Source: Octopus bimaculoides
Taxonomy: Eukaryota
DNA: 64,000 bases
NCBI RefSeq assembly: GCF_001194135.2
Contig: NC_068986.1
Span: 9,222,995-9,286,994, forward strand
Direction: 5' to 3'
A model generated the notes under the pieces. It did not search any database. It was not told the DNA's origin and worked only from the letters and a program-made list of their open reading frames with translations. A program made the position numbers and the translations under genes. Below are positions 1 to 36,010 of this stretch, piece after piece. How positions within the stretch are numbered: the stretch's first letter is position 1; each line of letters begins with the position of its first letter.

Positions 1-233
1 GGCACATAAAAGACACCATTTCGAGCGTGGCCGTTTTCGTGCGGGTGACACGTAAAAGCACCCACTACACTCTCTGAGTGGTTGGCGTTAGGAAGGGCAT
101 CCAGCTGTAGAAACTCTGCCAAATCAGACTGGAGCCTGGTGTTGCCATCCGGTTTCACCAGTCCTCAGTCAAATCGTCCAACCCATGCTAGCATGGAAAG
201 CGGACGTTAAACGATGATGATGATGATGATGAT
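1..233 (+). mobile_element. Short interspersed repeat sharing the RTE 3' tail, ends in (ATG)n
   Basis: ttaggaagggcatccagctgtag...ccaacccatgctagcatggaaagcggacgttaaacgatgatg; near-identical copies at 33030-33230 (+) and 45212-45430 (-); diverged copies at 1070-1230, 15448-15690, 43528-43705. Confidence 0.85.
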
Positions 234-261
234 AAACATAAGTATTAATATATATATGTGT

Positions 262-630
262 GTGGTTGTGAGGTAAAAAGCTTGCTTCCCAACCACATGG
301 TTCCGGGTTCAGTCTCACTGTATGGCATCTTGGCCAAGTGTCTTATAGCCTCAGGCTGACCAAAGCCTTGTGAGTGGATTTGGTAATTGGAAACTAAAAG
401 AAGCTTGTTATATGTGTGTGTGTGATTGTGTGTTTGTCCCCCAACTATTGCTTGACAACCGATGTTGGTGTGTTTATGTCCCCATAACTTAGTGGTTTGG
501 CAAGAGAGACCAATAGAATAAGTACTAGGCTTGCAAAGAATAAGTCCTGGGGTTGATTTGTTCAACTAAAGGTGATGCTCCAGCATGGCCGCAGTCAAAT
601 GTTTGAAACAAGTAAAAGAATAAAAGAATA
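262..630 (+). mobile_element. tRNA-derived SINE (octopus-type)
   Basis: tRNA-like head (ggttccgggttcagtc), body repeated at 1330-1620, tail ccagcatggccgcagtc...aagtaaaagaata. Confidence 0.7.
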
Positions 631-1259
631 TAATTATATACATACATACATGTATATATATATATATATATAAAGCTATATTAATGTTTATTTTTATGTT
701 CAGTTCTAATAAAAACAATTTTACATTAATCTAATGACTAACTATAATTTTGTAGAGTAAAAATCTAGGATTCTTAAACAAGAATGTTGCTGACAGTGTT
801 GGCAGCTCCATAAAGAAGTGCCAATCAAATGAAGAGGGAGACCCAGGAAGATATGGAACAAATTACTGAAGGACAACTTCTGGATACTGAACCTTACAAA
901 GGAGATAACAAAGGACTGAAACATCTAGTGCCTTGCTATACTTCAGAAGACTTGTTAAGGTCACTCACCCTGGTGGAGAGGATTCACCTACCAGAACCTA
1001 GTGCTAGTGCCATGTAAAAAGCACTCTTGCTGTCATCATGTAAAAACGCTTGTACCAGTGCTACATTAAAAGCACCCAGCACACACTGTATAAAGTTGTT
1101 GGCATTAGGAAGGGCATTCAGTTGTGGAAGCCAACCCAAATCAAACTGAAACCTGGTGCAGCTCTTCTGCTTATCACCTCTTCTCAAACCGTCCAACCCT
1201 TGCCAGCATGGAAAATGGACATTAAATGATAACAATATATATATATATCGTTATTTTTA

Positions 1260-1271
1260 CACACACACACA

Positions 1272-1330
<59 letters not shown>

Positions 1331-1392
1331 CCTCGGACCGACCAAAGCCTTCTGAGTGGATTTGGTAGACGGAAACAGAAAGAAGCCCGTCG

Positions 1393-1437
<45 letters not shown>

Positions 1438-1440
1438 GTC
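1260..1440. repeat. (CA)n/(CACG)n and (TATC)n microsatellites
   Basis: directly visible. Confidence 0.95.
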
Positions 1441-1620
1441 TGTATATTTGTGTGTATGTCTGTGTTTGTGCCCCACCATCGCTTGACAACCGATGTTGTG
1501 TTTATGTCCCAGTAAATTAACGGTTCGGCAAGAGACCAATAAAATAAATCCTGTGGGGTGGGGGGGTCGATTTGTTCGACTAATGGCGGTACTCCAGCAT
1601 GGCCGCAGTTAGAAACAAGA
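1330..1620 (+). mobile_element. Second copy of the same SINE body, interrupted by (TATC)n
   Basis: gaccaaagcctt..gagtggatttggtag, gcttgacaaccgatgt, ccagcatggccgcagt shared with 262-630. Confidence 0.7.
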
Positions 1621-1626
1621 AAATAG

Positions 1627-2011
1627 TATATATATANNNNNNNNNNNNNNNNNNNNNNNNNNNNNNNNNNNNNNNNNNNNNNNNNNNNNNNNNNNNNNNN
1701 NNNNNNNNNNNNNNNNNNNNNNNNNNNNNNNNNNNNNNNNNNNNNNNNNNNNNNNNNNNNNNNNNNNNNNNNNNNNNNNNNNNNNNNNNNNNNNNNNNNN
1801 NNNNNNNNNNNNNNNNNNNNNNNNNNNNNNNNNNNNNNNNNNNNNNNNNNNNNNNNNNNNNNNNNNNNNNNNNNNNNNNNNNNNNNNNNNNNNNNNNNNN
1901 NNNNNNNNNNNNNNNNNNNNNNNNNNNNNNNNNNNNNNNNNNNNNNNNNNNNNNNNNNNNNNNNNNNNNNNNNNNNNNNNNNNNNNNNNNNNNNNNNNNN
2001 NNNNNNNNNNN

Positions 2012-2069
<58 letters not shown>

Positions 2070-2095
2070 GTACATATATATATATATATACACAT
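1627..2095. repeat. (AT)n microsatellite spanning assembly gap 1637-2011
   Basis: directly visible. Confidence 0.9.
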
Positions 2096-3429
2096 ATGTG
2101 TTTGTGTGTGCATTATTATTTTTAAAAAGCAGTTTTGATTCCGCCCCATGCCGAATAATAATTGTTAATAAATGAATATCATTATTTAGCAATAATTAAA
2201 ATAATATATTTTTTGTGTTTTGACTACATTATTAAAGCATACTTCAAGTGAGGTAATTAATTTATTACAATTGTAAAGGAAATAAGTGAAACATACCACT
2301 TAACATTACTGAAGTAAATTTAACTTAGAATATATAAAATGAAATAAAATTTGAATGTGGATGAAGAAATAGTTCACCATCAGAAATATAAAATATATTG
2401 CGTTTTCATGGAAGGATCGACATTTTATAAATCTATTTCAGTTATTACAAACCAACTGTCTATTCTAAAAGAAATCATTATTTATGAAAGAGAGAATATA
2501 AAAAAAAACTGTCACTATTCATGTCAGAGAAACATCTTGTTAAACAGACGTTTATGTAATTTATTAAATAAGTTGATTGATGAAAAATGTAAGAAACCAT
2601 AGTAAGAGTTGTAAGAACCTGGTTGTAAGCCGGTTCTCAGTAGAACAGCTTCACTTACGTCACCTTTTATAAGAATAGGTATTACAGACTTCCACTTTAT
2701 TGTAATAAATTGAGGATTACTTAGGTTACCTATTCAGATGATTCTTTCCAATGTAAAACAAATAATTAAATATAAATATGACAATCCAAGTTTATTAATA
2801 TAATGCTATTCCTAATTATACATATTTATTAGCTAGCATTTTGTAGGTGTTACAGTTTACATCGAAATTAATTTTAATAAAAGCAGTGCTATATTATGAA
2901 CTTTTTTTAAAATTCAGATATAGGGAATTTTCTTTTGAATGTTTTGTTTTAATATGTATTTCATTACTATATATTAAGATATTAATTTCAGACTTTTAGC
3001 AAACATTTTCAGCCCTCCTTTTTATTTATTAAATCATTGTGTATTTATAAATGTAATATTAGAAATAAACACGATTCAATAATTATGAAAAAAAAAAAAA
3101 TCTTATGAAAGTTTGCGGTAAGTAGACTAGTAAGTTTTGGGTTGAGATACTTAGAAAGCCAATAATGGAAGTCAGAGCTGGCTTTAAAATATCACGCAAT
3201 TAAGGGAAGGCCCATACAGGAAGGAATCAGGAGGAAAAGCTTTAAAGAAATAACTAAAAGAAGAAGGATAAGTGCAAAAGAAATAATAATATAAACAGAG
3301 AAGAGAAAATGTTTAATGAGGAATGATTTTACGATTTATTTTAATGAAAAAAGACTAAACATAAATGAAATACATTTAAGAAGTCTGTGAGCAAATTAGT
3401 TTTTCTTCATGACGGAAAACAAACCAGAA

Positions 3430-3748
3430 TAGGTCGAGTACGCATGCGCACTAGGCAAAGTGATTTTTATAAATTATAAAAATATATAAAATTATGAAAA
3501 TCACTTAAAGTGATTTTTATAATTTTTATAAAATATTTGAAAATATTTTATATTTATTAGCGATGATTTAAATTTTGAAGGCAAAATCTTGAGTAGGTAT
3601 TTCTCGACAGCGAGCGATGTGGCAATCACGTGGCAATCACTCGCTGATTGGCCTCTCCCCATACCACGTGCAGAGGTTCTGTAGTTGGAGAAGGAAGTAG
3701 AGAATTGTTAGAGAAGTTAGATTAATCGCTAGTCACAATATTATCAAA
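3430..3748 (+). promoter_or_regulatory. Gene 1 promoter / 5' UTR
   Basis: local CpG enrichment; NRF1-like CGCATGCGCA 3441-3450; E-boxes CACGTG at 3627 and 3665; reverse CCAAT (ATTGG) at 3647; directly upstream of the ATG. Confidence 0.6.
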
Positions 3749-17563
<13,815 letters not shown>

Positions 17564-18106
17564 CTTCATTATTTCCTATCATTATAACTTAGGTACGTAA
17601 ACTTTCGTTATGCAGTCTTGCTAATTCTTCCTTTTTACATAGAATTAAATGTTGATTAAATAGCCAAATTATTATTATTTTCTGTTTTCTATAACAAATA
17701 TTGATACTGCAGCCTAGCAGAGAAAGTATTAATAACATTCTAGATATCTAATTCTGAATCATTTATGGTTGTAGATCTCTGAAAGTTAGCAAAATTACCT
17801 ATCCTTTCTTCTTGTTCCCATTGTTTTCTTACCATCCTTAGACAGCATACTTGAGAAAGTATTGACTGGCTGCAACAACCATTTTGGAAGGGTCATTTGT
17901 TGTGACCCACTTCTACTTAGAAAACACAGCTAATACCAAAATACAAATTTGCATTGTTTCATAGAAATATAAATTTTATTATACTGTGATGTTTATTATG
18001 TAATCTTTTTTAAATATAAATTATTGTAGATTCCTATGTAAAACAGGTTACCTGTTTCGATTTGGAACTGTTTACTTTAACTGACTGTTTTTCTTTTCCT
18101 TCTCAG

Positions 18107-19430
18107 GTATGGTTAAATGTGGAACTGATTCATCAAAGCATCTTCTCTATCAAAATGCTGACCAACTGGAGTACTTACTCTTGACCTGCTGATTTATTTG
18201 TTCTTTTTTTTTTTTTTTTTTTTCTACATGATTCAGAGAACCCCCAAGTTACACCAGACAGCTGCAAAATATACCATCCTAATTAAACTAAACCATAAAA
18301 TTGAAAAAGGGAAAAAAAAAAATATTCATAGACTGTTTCTTTTTATATTGTAAATATCAGTTTCATAAAAAGAAAAATTAGGTTGAAGATTTCAAAAACC
18401 TCACATTTTGTACAAGTCTTAAGATTGTGCTTACTCTTATCTTTGCTACATTGTCATGGTTGGTATTCTACTTTTAAGACCAAACTGTTTTTTTTAGATG
18501 GTATTGCTAAAGACATTTATTGTATGGGTAACAATAAAAAACAAACAACAAAAGATAAACAACCATCTCATTTCTTACTTCATAAATATCCATACAATTC
18601 TTTCAACCACTCCTAATGCTAATTTGTTTCACCTTCTGCACTTACACATTCCTGCCATCCAAATTCAATTAGCCTTGATAAAAATCAAGGCTGTTAATAA
18701 AATAATCTTATTTCATGACTTCTCTTCATTTTATGTCAAAAGAAAAGGGGGGAAAAAAAAAAAAAGAAAGAAACCCCAGCTAAATACATATATCTTAAAT
18801 ATAGATTGCTTTAGGAAATTTTTCTCACTGTCCAGCTTCTAGATATAGGAAGTTAATGGCATACAAAATTTGTAAAAAGCTGGATATAAAAAAATTTTAA
18901 TTTCTACTTTTCTTTTCTGCAAATTATTTAACTATTTCACAGCTATTTTATCACTTTTATATTTGAACTAAAAGTTTTAAATGAAGCTCTTGCAGTGGTA
19001 TGAGATTTTTCATTTGTCCAAAAAATTTCTAAACACTTGTATGATGAAAGTTGGACTGCAGTTTTTGCGCTGTCCTTTCTTCTTCAGCTTGACATTTCTC
19101 TAAGATCCATTTATTCACATCTTGTGCCATAACTTCATCTTAATTTCACATTGGTATAACTTGAAAAATTTTCACCCATTAAATTGTTTAGTGATGAACT
19201 GTTCAATTCCATAACTCATTTTGAATTAGTGGATCTTGCCTTGTGAAATTCTGTTCATTAAATAATAGAAATGGTACATTTTGTTTGGACTTGTTTTTCT
19301 TAATTTTTTTTTTATTTTAATTTTTTTTTATTTTTATTAATGTTGATTTGCTTGGATATTGGTTTTTCCTTTATAGATTAGATTGAACTGTATAAATTTT
19401 AATGTTGAATAAACATGAAATAAAATTTTA
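18107..19430 (+). other. Gene 1 non-coding terminal exon (3' UTR)
   Basis: acceptor ttcttttccttctcag at 18105-18106; U-rich UTR; tandem AATAAA at 19408 and 19419 followed by a U-rich downstream element. Confidence 0.7.
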
Positions 19431-19889
19431 GATTTTTTCATTTTTGTTCTGATTTTTCTTTAATATATTTGTATGAATGTTTTTTATTTTGTTCGTCTGT
19501 GCCATACGGATCTCACTTTATTTCAAATCAAGAGCTGGTCAACCCGGGAGCTTCGAGTGTTTTCGATTAGGGTGGATTAAATTCCTGTATTTAATAAAAC
19601 ACCAATTGACATTCCCAGATATCCTGCAATTTACCAAGAAATATGATGGCGATTTTCGTTGAAATTTGTTTATTATTAATCAATCTCGTGAAAATGGATT
19701 TGAAAAATGTCTGCAGAGGGCGAGGGTAAATAAAGCTAGCAAATGAGGGGTTTGATAAATTATTCTGGAAATTTAAACGCAGATGTTTTATACTGCTGAT
19801 GAAATGACTTGAATTTCGTTCGAACCAGTTTTTGTATTAAAATTTATTTCATTCGTTGAAAATTGACATTTAAAAATAATTTTCTGTTC

Positions 19890-20367
19890 GGCATAGGAAC
19901 TATATTGATGTGGCGTAAGGCAGTGCTTTGGTTATCAATGTGAAGAGGAGGGAGGGGCCGTGATGGAGAAACAGAATGCCATTTTGTAGTCGCCTATTTG
20001 GCGTCACTTCTGGTGCTGCCACGTCGCGGTAGAAATACTAACTAGTAAAATATTTCCCTCTCCTCCCCCTATAAATAAAAAATAAAGAAACAGGCATCAC
20101 CGATAACATTTATTGGTGCAGATACAATTATTGGAAAATAAAAACATTGAAATAAGCTGGGTCTTTTTTAATCTTTCGAGTTTAAAATCTAAAAATTTGC
20201 ATATTTTGCAAATAATTAGGATTAGTGAAGTAAGCCAGTTGTAATTGACCAATCAGAGCCATCTTCTTTGATTTAAATGCACCAATGAAATGGCTCAATG
20301 TGGAGCCTGTATATAATGGCCATTAAAGCGGAAGTCGTCTTTCTTGCTTTATCACAAAGGATCTATC
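19890..20367 (+). promoter_or_regulatory. Gene 2 promoter / 5' UTR
   Basis: CCAAT at 20249 and 20282; TATATAA at 20310; ETS-type GCGGAAGT at 20328 followed by a pyrimidine initiator-like tract; YY1-like GCCATTTT near 19978; CpG-rich patch. Confidence 0.65.
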
Positions 20368-30574
<10,207 letters not shown>

Positions 30575-30849
30575 GTCTGAAGTTGGCTTATCTATCAGGT
30601 AAATATTCTATTTTATGTTTTTAGAGAAATAAATCTCACATAAATTTATATATTTCAGTTTTCCTCTGATAAAATTCAAGCACATTAATTTTTCTTCTAT
30701 TGATCAAAAAATTACTGTTTTGAATACAAAAAAAAATCTTTGTGTAAATTGTTTTTCGTTCATTTACATGTAAACCTTTTTGCTTATGTTTTTAAGTATT
30801 TAATTAAAATGTGTGTATATATCTATATCATCATTTTCATGATGTAAAG

Positions 30850-31330
30850 TTGAACATGGGGCAGTCTGATCGTATCGTAGTTGGGAAATTTGGAGAGTGG
30901 TTGTATGACTTTTTAAGGGGCAGAAATCAGACGGTCATGGACAACAGTACTCTCTCAAAAGGAAACCTTGAATTTGGACTCTCAGAAGGTCAGTTGCTGG
31001 CTCTATTGGACATCATCTCAGTTCTACATATGGTCGCTCGAATGAGCTATGCTAATGATATCAAAGTATCTCGGGTAATATAGAATATTGTTGATGCTGT
31101 GAGCCTACGGCAACACTTTCATCCAATTTACGAATACATTGAAGGATACAAGAAATTGAATGCCGAAAAATTCCATGCTCCTCTGTATTATTAGCTCACA
31201 GACACTCTCTAAATAGGGTGGAGAGGATGTGGATGTATAACAATTGCAGGGTAACAATAAGCTGGGGATAAATATGAGAAACTATGCATTGTTTCGTGAA
31301 CAATGATGTACAGGAGACAGTAGGGAACCA
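30850..31330 (+). mobile_element. Degraded CR1/L2-like LINE RT fragment
   Basis: WLYDFLRGRNQTV...GLSEGQLLALL...YAND resembles W..SFL..R.Q.V...GVPQGS.LGP.L...YADD. Confidence 0.55.
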
Positions 31331-32747
31331 TGTTGCTTTTGTGGGGTCACTTTGTCTTCAGCTCCCATGACTATTGTTCACAGCTATAATTGCAAAATAG
31401 TATTAACCTGTTTCTTACTATATTTATTAACAAACTACAGCTGTTATGTTTCTGTTAGAAAGTTATTGTGAATTTAGACAAGTTTTATAAAAACTTTTAT
31501 TTAGGAGCATATTAATGCAATTTATCAAAAGGATTGTTTTTTTGTCTCATGAGGCTGATTACAGGTTAATTCATCAGAATATGAAATTATTTAAATTTTG
31601 TTTAAGCATCAGCCTAGAAAATGAGTTACTACCTAGCATTCAATTGAGTACACAACAAAATTTTAAAATATAGAATTGTGCAAATTACAGTTTGTCAGTG
31701 GAACTTAATACACATAAGACAGGTGTATCATGAGGGTGGAATTTATTTTTAAAGAAAATTAGAGAATAAAATGCACAAAGTGCAATAAATTCATGTGCAT
31801 ACATATAAATAGAAAAACACATAATGATTCACAATACAAATTAATCAAAATTTACCACATCTTACAAGTAAATTTGAAAAAGAATCAGATGTGTGTGTGT
31901 GTATCATTCAACTACAGTAGTAGTTGAATAATATTCTTAAGGCTGAAATTTACTCATGCACAACACCATTCAGTTCTTAGCCGAATTGAAAACTTAACAT
32001 TTTTGAAGAGGACTGGTCCCTTGCTACATTTTGGCATAAAAAAATTGAGATTTGATCCAGTTGAGAAAGGTTTATATGAGAATTTGTTGCACCAACAATC
32101 AAGTATATATCTAAATAACTTTTTTATTTTAAAATAAAAGTATAGTTATCTTAGCTTCAATGATAGAAGAAAACATGAAGAATTTCATAGTTTTGTTCCT
32201 ATCCATCAAAAGTTTGTATCAAAAAAGTTGTGAGGTAAACTATGGAAACAAATATATGGCAAAAAAATTGGATTTAAGTATAATTAACTTTTTTATTTTA
32301 AAGACAAACTATATTTTAATTAAACTTAAATGAGAGAGTTCAATTCAAGGAATTTCTTGGTATCAACCTCATGCAAAAAGGTATGAGTGTTTGTTTGGAG
32401 GCTGAAAACAGTTCTATAAGGGGACTTTTAATATGTCACCAGCATCATTGGGGTAAGGAAAAAATTATCAACGACACCGCTGACACATTATTGATTAGCA
32501 TAATAGCATAGACTGGAAAAAACATGGATTACATGGGAAAATACGAGCAAGAGAAGTAATATTCTTAAGATTATAAACCTGGAAAATTACAGGTCAAGTT
32601 ATTACACTTGGAAAGGTTGAGGACAACTTACTACATCTGGTAAAGTAGAGAGCAAGAAAATTTTTTACTTCAAATATTGCAGCTCAGGATAAAATTGGAA
32701 TATTAAGAATTATTTGATTTTAATTTACAAAGTAATATTAATTAAAA

Positions 32748-32870
32748 AAATTTGGCGGGGAAGTGGGGATAGTCGATTACATCGACCCCAGTGCGTAACT
32801 CCTACTTACTTCATTGACCCCGAAAAGATGAAAGGCAAAGTCTACGTTGGCGGAATTTGAATTCAGAACG
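32748..32870 (-). mobile_element. tRNA-SINE fragment (second family)
   Basis: reverse reads gttctgaattcaaattccgccaacgtagactttgcctttcatcttttcggggtc (B-box-like plus central domain); decayed copy at ~45770-45875. Confidence 0.6.
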
Positions 32871-32915
32871 TAGCAACAGCAGAATATTGTTTTTCTTACT
32901 TGCATTTTTCCATGT

Positions 32916-32946
<31 letters not shown>

Positions 32947-32959
32947 CATAGCGAAAGCG

Positions 32960-33230
32960 AAATTGTGATGGCACCTGTGCCCAGCGGACGCCTTTCTAGC
33001 ACTCGTGCCAGTGCCCCCAGCTCCTGGACTGGCCTTCGTGCCGGTGGCACGTAAAAGCACCCACTACACTCTGAGTGGTTGGAGTTAGGAAGGGCATCCA
33101 GCTGTAGAAACTCTGCCAAATTAGATTGGAGCCTGGTGTAGCCATCCGGTTGCACCAGTCCTCAGTCAAATCGTCCAACCCATGCTAGCATGGAAAGCGG
33201 ATGTTAAACGACGATGATGATAATGATGAT
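32960..33230 (+). mobile_element. RTE-tail repeat copy
   Basis: near-identical to 30-233. Confidence 0.85.
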
Positions 33231-35789
33231 CATAGTTTAGTGACTGCCTTCCATGCTGGCAATGGGTTGGACGGTTTGACAGGAGCTGGACAAGTAGTAG
33301 ACTATCAGACTTCTGTGTCTGTTTTGGCGTGCCAACCACTTTCCGGTGTAGATTGGGTACATTATAAGAGGCACCAGCACTGGCAAAGTCACCAACTATC
33401 TTGCAAGACAAAGGACCTTTGAGAGGGGAGGAGGACATTGCAGGAAGTGGTCTTATGTCAAATGGTGGAAGGTTAGAGTTTGACAGGGTGGCAAAAAACA
33501 GGTGTCTTGCCGTGGAGGAGGTACAAGAACTTTATATGTATATATATATAATCATCTCATAATGTATAAGTACAAACAAGCGCAATATTCCTAAAGATGC
33601 TTGGTTTTCTTCCAAGCATGTGCGGAAATCTCAAACTTTTTTTTAAAAATTTGATTGCTCACAGAACTGTTGTCGGAATCATTTTGCTTTCAAGAATAGA
33701 AGTATCTAATTCATAGTCATGAGTGGTTCTTGTGTTCACCTTGTATTTTCTTTCGAAATCCTTCGGATTCAAATTTGCTACATGAAGACATTGAACTGGT
33801 ATCTAGCTTTTTATCCATAGTGAAACATTTCATTAGTTGAGGTAGAAAAATATCTCCAAAAATTATCAGCACTCAGATATCCTATAAAAGAATGCCAGCC
33901 GGCATAACTCAGTTGTTTACATGGTGAGATCACGTTTTCACATCTATTCCAATGAGATAAGTCATTCTGGGCAGGTTAGTTAATTGAGCTAAAATAATTT
34001 TCAGGTGTTTTGATGATGAAAGTGTTGCAGAATTGTAGGTCCAGAATCAATCTCATGATGCCTCACATAGAACATCTGAATGCAACTCATTATGAAACTG
34101 GGAGAGGTCAAAGACACTAGTCTGTGGGAAGTTATGCAGTGTGTGTGGAAGATAGATCCTTGAAGTGATATACCAATCCCAGATCAGTATTTTAAAGATC
34201 TCAATGTCCCACCCTCTACATACTAAATTAGCCTAGGGTTCAAGGGCCCACAAGTTTCCAGTATCTGGCCAGAGAAATAGGATGATTAGAAGTGTATTCA
34301 AAAAACACTTGGTTACTTTTGTCTGCACTTCTAGAATCACCACCGTTATATGAAGTAAGCCGAAAGGACAAAGTGGTGACTGCTAATATAGACTGTAGGC
34401 TTTGCACTCAGGTGGTCACCCATATCAACCTATGAGATGTGCAGTGTATCTGTAGACAGAATATTCCTGTTAATGCAAATTTTAAGAAGCCAGAAAATGT
34501 GGATGGTATTGTCAGTGTTGATTTAAAAGAATTCTTGTCAAGACCTCAGTTGTAATGTATGACAATCTGTGACGGGGAAAAGAAATTTAACCCAGCAAAC
34601 ACCTCTAAACTAAACAAATGTTAGAGTTGAAGCTATGGTTAGTGACTGAGTCACTGCTGTAATAATTAGTTATCTGAGCTGGGTTTTTCAAAACTAGAAG
34701 AAACAGCAAATCAGGTTCTCATTAAAGACCTGCTGTAAATATGTAAATCCTTCAGAATTAAGATATTGACATATAATTTCAAACTTCTCCATCCACACAT
34801 TGCAATATATTTATAAGCTTACAAATTAAACTAAGAAAAGACACCTGTATGTAATGTCTATGTTTGTGTATACGACCACAAAAATGTGGCAAAAGCAGTG
34901 CCAAAGTAGGCCCAACTTTCTTCACTAATTTGGTTCCCTTCTCCTCTATACGTTGACTCCATCAGTAAACTCTTGAAAATATTCCAGTAGATACCATTCC
35001 CAAAGACTGAATATCAAGGAGAACAATACTTTTGCCTTGCCAATATGGACCACATAACCTTTTGTGCCAATCATTAACTCCAGAATTTGTTTAATGTTGA
35101 AGAGATGCAATATGCTGTTCCATTTGATTGGGCCTTCATCTCTGAATCACAAAAACACACTCTTATTTCATTGCCTGTCAATAGATTGCAAACAAGCTTC
35201 TCATTGGCTTCCACAATAACAACAAATGAAGAATTGTCGACTGTCAAGATATCCATTTGGCATATACTGCCCATGCTCAAATGCTTGCACTTTCTATAAC
35301 GCATTGTCACCACAGCCCATGTATGGCAAGTTCAAGGATTATAATTTGCCTGTCCGCATCAATCATTTCATGCCCGTGGTTTCCCACCATAGGGCTTGTC
35401 TTCAGTGTTGGTTCCTTTTTTTCTTATTCATCCATCTTTTGTCACCTAGGGATGTCAGGCCACCTGCGCCACTCTTTCATCACCTTGATGGTGGAATATT
35501 GCTTCTGCTTAGAACCCATTGTTTGTTTGCAGTTAATGGAAAAGGTCCATTTTTGCATTATGTTCAGTATATGTACACACAGACATGTATCTATAGTTAT
35601 GGGTGTGCTTAGGAAGTTTGATTCCCAACCATGTAGTTTCAGGTTCAATTCAAATGCGCCTTTTGAGTGGGTACAGCCCAATTACCCATGTGGTCAATCA
35701 GCGCTTGGCATAGTTGCCTCATGATTGGTTTATGCAAGAGTGAAGAAGATACTTTAGATGGAATTCCTGAGCCTGGTCATGGAATTATG

Positions 35790-36010
35790 GCTTGAATGAA
35801 TAAGTAGGAAATTGGAGGAGATGAGGTACAGTTTTGTGCCAGGGAAAAGTAATGTAGATGCAGTATTCAAGATGAGGCAACTGCAGGAGGAGTATTTAGT
35901 CAAAGAAAATCAGTGTATTTAGCATTTGTCAACGCGGAGGAAGTATTCTACAAGGCCTTGCCCTGTGGTCTGGTTGTCACTGGAGAAGTTAGAAATAAAT
36001 GGCCTGCAAA
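35790..36010 (+). mobile_element. Degraded LINE RT fragment (RTE-like)
   Basis: DAVF.MRQLQEEYL...YLAFV motif of RT subdomain 3. Confidence 0.55.

Noticed and set aside
829-1017. 62-aa ORF MKRETQEDMEQ...
   Set aside because: No recognisable family and no convincing donor; runs into a repeat.
1428-2192. Several 150-250 aa ORFs with IY repeats
   Set aside because: (AT)n microsatellite plus N gap.
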